A DNA stretch of 64,000 nt. It comes from an uncultured Acidimicrobiia bacterium. Its GTDB lineage: Bacteria; Acidobacteriota; Terriglobia; Versatilivoradales; Versatilivoraceae. Positions 28,738 to 39,901 of the stretch are shown piece after piece. Location: contig CAWBAT010000008.1 in assembly GCA_963786955.1 (NCBI GenBank), positions 352,001-416,000 of the forward strand, read 5' to 3'. The stretch's first letter is position 1. Every line of letters begins with the position of its first letter. The notes under the pieces were generated by a model. It saw only the letters and a program-made list of their open reading frames with translations, had not been told where the DNA came from and ran no database searches. The position numbers and the translations under genes are program-made.

Positions 28738-29103
28738 ATGAATGATCGGAAGAATTCGCTGAGGATGGCGGCTTGCGGCTGCGATGCCCAATCCAAGGAA
28801 AAAACTCAACGCAAAGCCTCGGCTGTTGATCCCGAGCTAAAGGCCACTAACATCAAAAGGCTGCGGCGGGTTGAAGGACAGATTCGCGGGCTTCAAAAAA
28901 TGGTTCAGCAGGACCGCTATTGTACGGATATCTTAATTCAGATCTCTTCTGTCCAGGAGGCGCTGCGCGGCGTCTCAAGAAATCTCATGCGCAATCATCT
29001 GCGTCATTGCGCCTCGCATGCCATACGTTCAGGCGGTCCCACAGATGGTGAAAAAGTCTACGAGGAGATCCTTGACTTGATGGACAAGCATACCCGATTG
29101 TAA
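28738..29103 (+). CDS. csoR: CsoR-family copper-sensing repressor
   Basis: RLRRVEGQIRGL, YCTDILIQ, NHLRHC (C-H-C fingerprint); immediately downstream of copA. Confidence 0.9.
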   Translation: MNDRKNSLRMAACGCDAQSKEKTQRKASAVDPELKATNIKRLRRVEGQIRGLQKMVQQDRYCTDILIQISSVQEALRGVSRNLMRNHLRHCASHAIRSGGPTDGEKVYEEILDLMDKHTRL

Positions 29104-29106
29104 GGG

Positions 29107-32100
29107 ATGGGCGCCAATGCAGAGGGCGGATCTTCAGTCAAATCATCGCCGGCATGTGGATCGGCTGCAGCGGTGAGGACAGAACCCCAATCGGGATTCG
29201 GTGTTCGCGAATCAAAATATGGGATTCACACGGACTTGGTCCGAATACGCTCTATTCTCCTTTTGGGGAATCCTCTTCCTGACTTCAGGATGGCTGACGG
29301 TCACGCTTTTCATTGGAAGTTTAGGAAAGCGTCTAGTGTGCTGATCGGCTCGTCAAGAATACCCCGCCGAGTAAAGAGAGAAGAGTCGGCTTTTTCAATC
29401 GATCACGGCGAGTTCACCTTCTTTGAGTGGGTTCTGCTGTGTGTGCTCGTTGGGCTCACGGTGACATCTTTCATCTTAATGCTGACCGCCGAATTGGGAA
29501 TCTTCCGGATTCGGTTCTGGATTCTTTCTTTAATCGTTTATGACCTGAGCCTGCTGGTCCTGCTCCTCGGTTCCAAAAAGCCTTTTCGATTTTCCACATT
29601 ATTATCAGGTTTTAAGATTCCATGGGTCAGACATACTGGCTTTCGTTTGCGCTATTCTGACTTTTTTTATTTTGAATCGGCCTGCTGAATATGTCCTGAC
29701 GAATCGTGATCCCGGAGAGTATGTCAGTGTTGCCCTCCAGACTTGCGGACAGTGGATCTTTAAGAATCAAAGATGCTGATTTTATTCACTTCAATACTCC
29801 CGAGAAGGAAGCCTCTTCCTCAAGACTCCTCTCCAGGATGCTCCCCATCCTGAAGTATTGCCTGGTTTCTATCTGGTCGATCCCCTAAACGGATTTCTTC
29901 TACCTCAATATTTTCACCTGTTTCCACTGTGGCTGGCACTGGCCTTCAAACTTTGGAGATTCGAGGGACTGTTTCCTATTTAATGTCATTTGCGGCGCCC
30001 TGGGAGTTTTACTCATGATCCCGCTAGGGCGCTGGCTGCTGAATTCGCGAACGACTGGATTTGCTGCAAGCCTGTTGTTGATGGTGAACGCAGGACAGAT
30101 CTGGATGAGTCGCAGTCCTTTCAGCGAGATCCTGGCACAAGTCCTGCTCCTGGGCGGGCTCTGGTTATCTGGCGGTCGGGATGAAGAGATATTTCAGAGG
30201 CGCATTCTTTTTGGCAGCGCTCATGTTCGGACTGTGTTTTTTTGTGAGGATTGATTCGCTGCTTCTTCTTGTGGCCATCGCCATTCTTGGAGGGAGATGG
30301 GTTCTGACAAGTCGTGGGCTGCAGACAAGGAAGGAAATGACAGGGACTGGACGCTGCACCCTTTTTTATTGTGGTCGCGGGTTGCGCATTCTATTCCTTC
30401 TTGCACACTTCTCTCTTTGCCTATCCTTATTTCAGCAATGTTCTTTCAACTTTCCGCAAATCTCCCCTCGTCTTAATCATCACGGGAATTTTCATCGGGG
30501 CAGCGAGTTGTACTCGGCGGAGCGGGATGGAGATTTCTCAGGGCGAATCCAGAGGACGGATTGGATTCGGACAAACCGGACATTCTATTAAACGGATTAG
30601 GGTGGTTCTCCTGCTCGGAGTTTTTGCTTATGGTTTGTTTATTCGTCCTTTCTTGCCTTCCTCCCGAGAGATGTTGACCTGCCTCCGCCTTATGAAGGCA
30701 AGATTTCGCTTTACAACGAAATCAATTTGGTTCGACTCAGTTGGTATCTCACCCCACTAGGGTTGGGGTTGGCCCTTCTCGGTGCCCTGGTCGTTGTGAA
30801 CGATCTCTTCGAAAAGAAGAACGCAATTCTCATCCCGTTTATCCTTGTATTTGCCGTTTTCTCCGGTTTCTATTTGTACAAATCCCGCGCGTTCCCTGAC
30901 AATTACTGGGTCATTCGCCGATATATTGAAATTGTCATTCCTGGATGTTTGTTGCTGACAGTGGTTTTTTTGTCCTGGCTATACTCAATTCTGAAGAAGA
31001 AATATTCAACGTGCGGGGACTTCGGCCGTTTGTCTCCTGCTTTTCCTTTTGGTTTGGGTGGGCGAATTTAGAGCGGTGCCAAACCTCTGGCGTCAAACTG
31101 AGCTCGGGTGGGACAATTCGAGAATTTGGGGAAATTGGCTGGGATGCTTAAGGAAGCGGATATTGTTATTCTGGAATACAGCCGCTCTCAAGATACCTTT
31201 TCCGGACCTTTGAAATCTGTTTTCCATAAGTCGGTGTACGCCTTGGCCACCTTTGTGCCGGATCCGAGACGCTTTTGATGAATTGATGGATCAATGGCTC
31301 CGAGCAAGGGAAGAGAGTTTTCATCCTGGCCACTGAGGAGCAGACCCAGCTTCAGAGCTTCCAGATATCCATTTCAAATTGAAAGACCGTTTTTCTTCTT
31401 CGAACTTCACGGATTGAACAGACCTACGAGCGACTCCCGCGTTCCCTGGAAACGGTTTCATTATTTGCTACGATTTACGAGGTGGAGTGGAGCCCGCACA
31501 AAGATAGCTTGAGAAGGTCACATTTGATATGGACTTTCACTTCGGGGCCAGAAATACGGTTTTAATAGTGCTGAGTCTGCTGGAGAAGGAGAGTCCATTC
31601 GCTGGAGTTCAGCCCATTCGACGATCGAATTGCCCGCGATTGATCCAGAGGGCGAAACAATCTTTCTCATGACGCGCGCCAGGAATTTCGAGACGGACGA
31701 TCGGCTCAGCCGGTCGAAATCCATCTGAATGAAATGCTTCTCGGGAAATTGCGAAATTGTCATCGGAACCGAAGGTTTATCGTTTTAATATTCCGCAGGG
31801 ACTTGTAACCAAAGGAAAAGGGAAACCAGGTGAGATTCCGTTCCATTCGTTTTCTCCTGCTGCCTGGGGAATCAGCTCGGACCGACATCATTTTGGATTT
31901 ATCCTTGACTATTTCAAATTGGGTTCTTTGGCGCCAACTGAGCCGGACAGCCTCTTTTCCGTTGATCTCGGAACAGCGTCAGATGTTCAACAATGCATCT
32001 TGCAGGGATTTTACGGGAGGGTTCAAGGGTCTTACCGATGGACGGCGCCAGAGGCAACGTTCACGATCTCTGCTCCGCTTGGCCATTGTCGGCAGAGGAA

Positions 32101-32380
32101 TCCGTACGGATCCGTGCTGTCAAGTCCTGCCCCGACGGGGAATTCAAGCAGTATCTGAATGTGACTCTGAATGGAAGCTACACTGGGTGAAGCGGGAACT
32201 AGTGGGGACGGGAGACCAGTTCTCCATCAATGATTTTCCGATTGCCCGAGTGCCCAGGCTCCCGGGGCAACGAGTCATTCGGATCCGTAGTTGTGCCTCC
32301 ATGGAATCCAAACCAGGCGGGGGCCTCAGTGGATCGGCGCACGCTAGGTTGCGCAATTGATTGGATAAGAATTGAATGAG
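29107..32380 (+). CDS. Large polytopic membrane protein, GT-C (ArnT/PMT-like) glycosyltransferase-like with periplasmic C-terminal domains; many frameshifts, boundaries approximate
   Basis: Successive hydrophobic fragments with RDPGEY, QYFHLFPLWLA, QIWMSRSPFSE, VRID, YWVIRRY, then soluble beta-rich segments (RWSS, YRWT). Confidence 0.5.
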
Positions 32381-32387
32381 AGATCGA

Positions 32388-32581
32388 AGTTATTGAGTCC
32401 GGCGTTCGGAGTTCAGAGTTCAGAGTTCGGAGTTATTGAGTTCGGAGTAAGAGAAAAGGAATAAGTTGATTCCATGTGGCTAAGAAATTGAGCCCTGAAA
32501 CTTGACTCTTATATTCATAACTCCGAACTCTGAACTCCGAACTCTAGACATCGGACTTTTGACTTTTGACCTTCGAACTTA
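32388..32581. repeat. Two oppositely oriented heptamer tandem arrays between convergent genes
   Basis: (gagttc[ag])n at 32388-32448, its reverse complement at 32516-32545, then (gactttt)n to ~32580. Confidence 0.8.
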
Positions 32582-34294
32582 GTCGACAAAAACGAGCACA
32601 CCTTGTCCATTCCCAGGTCACGTCCTGAAGGGGTAATAATGGTCTTTGAGTTGACGTAGATCTTCTGATTATTCTTGATCGCTGTCCGAACATCATCTTC
32701 GCAGACAAATGGGTAGACATCAGGTTTTGGAATTTGCTTTGGAGGGGGAGCAGGGCAGGGGGGAGAGGAATTCGGTTCACGGGGAGGCTCAATCCAGGAA
32801 CCTGAGGGCTGCGCGGGCAACGGCAATGTTTTTTTGGCTCAGAACTTTTTCGACAACGGCGGATATTTCCTGACGAGTGATTTCGATCTTGGGCTCACGG
32901 CTTGTTTCCACCTTTGCCCGCGATGGGGCGGGGAAGCCGTGGGGCCTCCACCCACCGGTCTCGTAGGCAACTCGTCGGATATTAATGAGGTGGAGAGGAG
33001 AAAGATTGTCCGAAGTGATATTCCCTCCAAGTGATCCGCAACCTAAAGTCATCGATGGGAAGAGACCCGTTGTATATCCGACTGCTCCAAGGGCCGACTG
33101 CGTATTGACAATGATCCGAAAGACCGGTTTTTGGAGCCCAAACTGGCGAATGACGTCATTGTTTTTTGAATGAATCGCCAAGGTGTGACCTAACCCCCCA
33201 TAATTCACTAATTCGATACACCGCTCACAGGCCGCACGCCAGTCACTTTCCACATAGAAGGCCAAGATAGGAGAGAGCTTTTCAATAGAAAGCGGGAAAT
33301 CTCTTCCGACTCCTTTCAGCCTTGCGATGAGCACTTGGGTTCCTTCTGGAACTCGGAGCCCGGCCATACTGGCGATTACAGTAGCTGCGCGACCAACAAT
33401 CTTCGGATTAATCGTCCGGTTTGGAGTCACGACCAGTCGGCCGAGAGTTTCAATCTCCTCCTCATTCAGGAAATATCCGCCGTTGAGAGTGACTTCCTCG
33501 ATTACTTTATCTTGGATGGCTTCATCGGTCACGATAGCCTGTTCAGAAGAGCACAGCGTGCCGTAATCGAAGCACTTCCCCGTAAAGATATCTTTGACCG
33601 CTTTGCGAATGTCAGCGGAAGTCTCAATATAGGCGGGGACATTTCCCGGACCGACGCCATAGGCTGGTTTGCCAGCGCTGTAGGCTGCGCGCACCAAGCC
33701 ATGCCCGCCCGTAGCCAGGATCAGCGCGGTCCTTCGATGCTTCATGAGTTCTTGTGTTCCCTCATTGGTCGAGACGTTCATGCACTGGATGAGTCCTTCA
33801 GGCGCCCCCGCGGAACGGGCTGCCTCCGTGAGAATCCGGGCTGTTTCTTGAATGCACTGGCTTGCGGAAGGGTGGGGACTCAAGACGATTCCATTGCGGG
33901 ATTTTAGAGAGATCAATACCTTATTGATCGTGGTTGAAGTGGGATTCGTCGAAGGGATGATAGCTGCGATGACTCCTACAGGAGTGGCAATCTCAATGAT
34001 CCCTTTTTCAAGGTCTTCGCGCAGGATTCCGACGGTTCTGAGGTCCTTAATTGCGTTATAGACAACCATCGATCCGAATTTGTTCTTCAGGATCTTGTCT
34101 TCATATTTTCCGAATCCTGTTTCATCAACAGCCATGCGGGCGAGAGGCTCAGCCGCTGCCAACCCGGCTTCCGCGACGGTCTTGACGATGGCATCCACCT
34201 TTTCCTGCGAGGCGTCCGCATACTGCTTCCAAGATTCGTAGGCTCTCTCTACACAAGTCCTGGCTTGATGGATAGATTGAAGATCTTTATCCAT
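32579..34294 (-). CDS. CoA-acylating aldehyde dehydrogenase, microcompartment type, with encapsulation peptide and extra C-terminal domain (tail frameshifted)
   Basis: [25 protein letters not shown], catalytic CSSEQ, EKLSP; amphipathic [16 protein letters not shown]; tail [18 protein letters not shown] in the adjacent frame. Confidence 0.88.
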
Positions 34295-34359
34295 AGATTC
34301 GATGAGGGGAAAGTCTTTATTAATGGCTTTACCGACCTAACTTTGTTGGATGACCTCAG

Positions 34360-34662
34360 CTACCCCAATCCTCCCTTAGGTTTCTTATTGGGCCCCGGGA
34401 TGACCTTTTCTGCCTCTTCGTGCGGGCTGGGGATGACATGAACACTGATCAATTCTCCAACCCGTCGTGCCGCTGCGGCTCCGGCGTCAGTGGCAGCCTT
34501 CACGGCGCCAACATCTCCGCGAACGCAAACAGTTACATAGCCGGCTCCAATATATTCTTTGCCCACCAAAATGACATTGGCTGCCTTTACCATGGCATCG
34601 GCAGCCTCAACCGCTCCCACGAATCCCTTCGTTTCAATCATTCCTAGCGCATCGCCTGGCAT
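34360..34662 (-). CDS. Bacterial microcompartment hexameric shell protein (BMC-H, EutM/PduA-like)
   Basis: [50 protein letters not shown]. Confidence 0.95.
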   Translation of the reverse strand: MPGDALGMIETKGFVGAVEAADAMVKAANVILVGKEYIGAGYVTVCVRGDVGAVKAATDAGAAAARRVGELISVHVIPSPHEEAEKVIPGPNKKPKGGLG

Positions 34663-34959
34663 GCTGAGTTCCTCATTCTTCTTTAGAATAGACTTGGCAG
34701 GGAAAGTACCATTTAAGCTACTCGGCGTCAAGGATCTGTCACGCCGGTCAGTTCGACTTTTTCAAGCGTGATGCCCAGAACATGCCTTTGGTTTTTGAAG
34801 TAAGAAAAGGGACTCAGAGCTGTCGATAAGGTCAAGAAGTCCGGACTAGCCGTAAGTCCAGTGATTACAAAAGTATTACAATGCCATGACGGTGCTTTTT
34901 ATTATGATTGGAAGTTGCAAGATCGCACAAAAATTCTTAGAACGAGGGCTAAGGCACAA

Positions 34960-35811
34960 ATGAACTCCAGTCCCGTCGCTGTGACTGAATCAATGAATAC
35001 CCAATCGGAAAATCACATTGAATTTGTCAAAAGTATCCCCTTCTTTGCCGTCCACTTGGCGTGCCTTGGTGCTTTTTGGACCGGGGTTTCCTGGAAGGCT
35101 CTGGCTTTGTGTATTGCTTTATTCTACATCCGGATGTTCGGCATAACGGCCGGATACCATCGATACTTTTCGCATCGATCCTATCGGACCGGGCGATTTT
35201 TTCAGTTTGTTCTGGCTTGGATTGGTTGTTCGTCCGTGCAAAAAGGGCCGCTGTGGTGGGCTGCCTACCATCGTCATCATCATCAGCATTCCGATCAGGA
35301 AGACGACGTCCATTCTCCGGAACGGAAGGGTTTCTGGTGGTCTCACGTCGGCTGGATTCTGTGTAGGAAATATGAATCAACAGATTATGATGCAATCAAG
35401 GATTTTGCGAAATACCCGGAATTGCGTTTCCTCAACAACTATCACGTGTTACCGGGAGTCGATCCTCGCGATGGGTTGTTATTTATGGATGGGGTGGCAA
35501 GGACTGGTATGGGGGTTCTTTGTAAGCACCGTCCTGCTATACCATGCGACGTTCATGATTAATTCGCTTTGTCACATGTTTGGAAGAATCCGCTACAAGA
35601 TTCCGACACTAGCCGCAATAGTCTTATTCTCGCCTTACTGACCATGGGAGAAGGATGGCACAATAATCATCACTATTATGCAACCTCTGCGAACATGGGA
35701 TTTTTCTGGTGGGAAATTGATCTTTCTTATTACGTCTTACGCTTTTTTTCACTCCTCGGAGTAGTCTGGGATCTCAAGAAGCCCCCAGAAAGAGTATTGC
35801 GCGCCGCCTAA
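34960..35811 (+). CDS. Acyl-CoA/acyl-lipid delta-9 desaturase (two apparent frameshifts)
   Basis: His boxes [20 protein letters not shown]; INSLCH. Confidence 0.9.
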
Positions 35812-35878
35812 CTCCAATTTATCATGAGGGGTGCCGGTCAGTTTTCGCTGGCCGGAATAAGCAACAACCCCTGGCTTT

Positions 35879-36603
35879 ATGCAAACGAAGCTACTGACTT
35901 TTTTCAGGTGGCTGTTCTTCGGTAGCTTACTCTTCGTGTCAGGTTTTGTCAGTTGCCTGACCGCAATGAAACTTGCCATCCGCGGCAATGAAGTTGTGGT
36001 CCCTGCTCTTACTGGAAAAACCTTCGAAGAGGGGACCCGTCAACTGGCCGCTTCGTCACTTCGCCTTAAAGTAGAGAGTCGCCGATTCGATGACAAGATC
36101 CCAAAGGGTCGAATCGTCTCTCAAGTGCCTCTTCCCAATTCGCAATTGAAGCGAGAACAAAGTGTTCGCGTCATTCTGAGCTTAGGTGAAAAAAGACTTC
36201 CAGTGCCCGATCTCGCGGGAGAGACGATCCGTGTTGGGCAGATCCTCCTTCTCAAGCGAGGGTTCACTCTGGCGATGCTTTCAACGACCAATTCTCCCTT
36301 CCACGAGAAGGACATGATTATTGCCCAAAACCCCCCGCCCGAAGCCCAGTTTGCGAAATCTCTACTGATGAGCATTCTCGTTTCTGGCGGATCAAAACCG
36401 AAGGATTTTCTGATGCCCGAGCTGCTGGGAATGGATTATGAGATCCGTTTCGAAGAAAATTGCGGAAGCAGGACTACAAAATAGGGGATGTGACGTATCA
36501 AAATCTGCCGGGAATTTCAAAAGGCACAATCCTGCGGCAATCCCCGCCAGTCGGGAGCAAGCTCTTGGAGGGAGTGACCATTAGCATGGAAATCAACCGC
36601 TGA
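35879..36603 (+). CDS. PASTA-domain membrane protein (frameshift ~36445)
   Basis: N-terminal TM; repeats VPALTG..Q.P, VPDLAG..Q.P, MPELLG..Q.PP.G. Confidence 0.8.
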
Positions 36604-36832
36604 CTGATTGCAGGTTAAAAGAATCTTTTTTTTTGCCCATTCTCAGTTAGAATAGAGTGAGTTCGAAAGAAAGGTTCATGCAGGGTCGGGTGAACAGTGA
36701 TATCTTGCAGAATTGGTAGGCAGGTTTCTCCCAGAGTCGGAATATTCGCCGACAGCCTCGATGACAATTCAATCGATTGTTTAGGGTGACGTGGCCTATA
36801 ACATAAGAAGAAGGATTTTGGAGGGTTTATTG

Positions 36833-37982
36833 ATGAAACGGGCGGTCGTCATTCTAATCGCTAATGCTATTGTTCTTGAGTACAACCGCATGGGGGCCCT
36901 TCGGAAAGAAGAAGCCCGAAGTGCCAACCGCTACAGGTGAAGCAGAGCCGGATAAAATTCTTTACGAGCAAGGGATCAAAGATATTGCAAAAGGACGCTA
37001 CGAAGTGGCGCGGCTGACGCTTCAGACCTTGTTGAATACTTACCCAGACAGTGACTATAAGGAAAAAGCCAAGCTGGCCATCGCGGATTCCTATTACAAG
37101 CAGGGTGGAACATCCGGCCTCGTCCAGGCCGAATCCGAGTACAAGGACTTTCGTACTTTTTTCCCGACCAGTGACGACGCAGACGATGCTCAGATGAAAA
37201 TTGCCTTAACCCATTATATCAGATGGAGAAGCCCGATCGTGATAACACCCAGGCAAGGGCTGCCGAAAGAGAATTAAAGACATTCCTTCAGGATTACCCC
37301 GATAGCCCTCTAAAGGATGAAGCTGCCCAGAAACTTAGGGATGTCCAGGAAGTCCTGGCAGCCGCCAACTTGCGCGTTGCTAATCAATACATGCTATCGC
37401 GGCGCTACGCCGCTGCTATTCGCCGGGTTAAATGGACAATTCAAGATTACCCGGATTATAGCCACATGGATGATGCCCTTTGGGTACTGGGTCAGTCTCT
37501 GGAAAGAATGAAGCAGATCCCCGCTGCAGGCTACTACTATGGGAAGATTGCCAGTGAATACCCATCAAGCCCCTTGGCCGAGAGTGCCAAGAAGAGACTT
37601 GAGGAATTGAACCTCCCCATTCCTGAACCCAGTCCCGGAAGCCATCGCTCGCTCAAAATCAGACCAGGAAAACGAGAAAAGACAATCCTTCTTAGGGAAG
37701 GTCGCTGGATTGATGAGCAAGAAACCGGATGTTTCCAGTGCTCGAAAGGCTAGCCGTCCGGCCATTGAATTAGGTCCTGAAAACAGGATCAACCTGGATG
37801 CTGCTAACTCTCCGGCTTCTTCTGCACCAGCTCCAGCCCCAACGGCTGCCGCCGACGTGAGCGGAGGGGTGTCGGTGGAGATCGTAAAGCGTCCGGCTGC
37901 TACCCAGAGCGACGGGACAGCAAAAACTACTCCATCTAATCCAACTTCCTCGGAGCAGGGGGCAACAGAAGAGAAAAAATAA
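36833..37982 (+). CDS. bamD: Outer-membrane assembly factor BamD (three apparent frameshifts)
   Basis: TPR helices LLNTYPDS..AKLAIADS, F.TFFPTS, KPDRD...A, F..YPDS, YPDYS..D.AL. Confidence 0.85.
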
Positions 37983-38291
37983 GCGCATGCCCTATTCAGT
38001 CTGTTATGACATTGTTTGGGGTTGCCCCGGTTGACAGGTCTTCCTTGCCCAACCGCCTTTCTCTGCATGGAAGATGGTGAAGGAGCTGTTGGTCTGCTTG
38101 AGACCGGCTCGGATGGTGATGGCGGGGAAAGAGATTAGCTTTCGGGACCCGGTGCTTTTCTTCAGAATAATGAATTCCCTAGACAAACTGAGATTCCCCA
38201 ATTGTCTCACTGATTTAGCTAAAGTTTATGCCCCACAAAACGATTCTTGTTAAGAGAACTGGTCTCGGATTGATCCAGTCAGGAGAATGGC

Positions 38292-39617
38292 ATGCCCAGA
38301 ATGATACTTTTGGCGGATGACAGCATCACCATTCAGAAGATCGTGAACCTGACTTTTACAGGTGAAGGAATTGATGTCGTCACCGTTGGAAATGGGGATG
38401 CCGCCCTCAAAAAAATACGTGAACATCGCCCCAGTCTGGTTTTGGCCGATATATTCATGCCGGGCAAAAACGGCTATGAGGTCTGTGAGACAATAAAAAG
38501 CGATCCAGAACTGCAGTCCATTCCGGTGATTCTCCTGGTTGGGGCGTTTGAGCCTTTTGATGGCCATGAATCCACTCGTGTCAGAGCCGACAGTCATTTG
38601 ACCAAGCCTTTCGAAATTAAAGCCTTGATATCGGCTGTCCGCAAATTTGATCGAAACCGCCGAACAGCAAGCTGCCGCGAAGTGCTGAGCCCGAAGCTGA
38701 TTCCCGTGACGAGTTCGTCGAGGAGGAAGAAGTAGCCGAGCCGGTCTCTGCTCCCGCTCTGAGTGTTAAGACAATTGAAGAACCGATAGTTGATGCCCCT
38801 CCCCCGGTCTTCTCTGCAGGAGGAAGAAGTTCATGTTGAAGACATCCCGGTGCCTGGTGCATTTGACTCTGAAGCTTCGGAGGCGGTGTCGGCGGCTTAC
38901 GTTGAGACTTCGGAAGCGGTGCCAGTTGGCGTTGAGTTTTCAGAGAGGGTCCCAGAAGAAATCCCAGAAATCTCAAACCAGCAGAATCGAGCGATATGCC
39001 GGAACAACTTATGGCGCGGACTGAAACGACTTTTACTGAATCAAGGGAGAAGCCGATCCCTGTGATCGAAGAGACCGATCCGCTGGGCCTGGAATCTGCA
39101 GAGGACGGATTGGGGTTGGCGGGACTCCCCGAGTGGAAGCATCACGGACACCAAGTCGATGGTCGTCGAAATCTGGGAAGCGCGGATATTCCCGCGTTAG
39201 CGTGCCGGTTACTTTAAACGAGCTGAGGTCTGCGGCCCGAGCCTTCCGACGAAGTCGAGCCTGAAAAATCGAAAATGCCTCTCTATTTGAACCTTGTGGA
39301 GGAAACAGTCTTCCCAACTTCTGGCACTGGCGGATCAGGAGGTTTTCCAGACGGTTGCTGAGTCTCCCTGCCGAGCCGGAAGAGAGTGTCCAGGAAGTTC
39401 AGTATTGCAACCCGCGCCAGCTTCGGTCGCTCCTCTCAAAGTGTCATGGGGAGAGATCGAGACTGCGGAATTGGTAGAGTGGATTGCCAACAAGGTCGTG
39501 GAAAAGCTGAGTCGGGAGGTCATCGAGAAAATAGCCTGGGAAGTGATCCCTGATATGGCCGTCCTGATGATTAAGGATCAGGTGGAATCTCATTTTAAGA
39601 CAATCAACGACCGATAG
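38292..39617 (+). CDS. RomR-like response regulator: receiver + acidic Pro-rich linker + conserved C-terminal helix (several frameshifts)
   Basis: ADDSITIQKIV..LADIFMPGKNGYEVCE..LLVGAFEPFD..KPFE and C-terminal SREVIEKIAWEVIPDMA; directly upstream of valS. Confidence 0.8.
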
Positions 39618-39901
39618 TGGATGATTCACTCCTGTTTACGGGTCCTCATACCCCCATTGATTCTTACCATCTCATTCTCGACGATAAGCCGTCTCCGGCT
39701 CCTGTTGCCTGATTTTCTCTTCACTTTTAAGTTCGTCAGGCTACAATAGCGATGCTCATGCTGCACGAGCAGATTCGCCTTCCCAATGAGACAGCGATGT
39801 TATTCCGGGCGGCCTGCCACGCGCCGAAGGGGGGCGCGTCTAGTCAATGAAGTCATCTCAATCATGATCCAGATTCATAGAGTTCCAAAGAAAATCGCGT
39901 A

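Noticed and set aside
39620-39900. T-box or other leader RNA before valS
   Set aside because: No recognisable T-box GGTGG.ACC motif or terminator/antiterminator pair.
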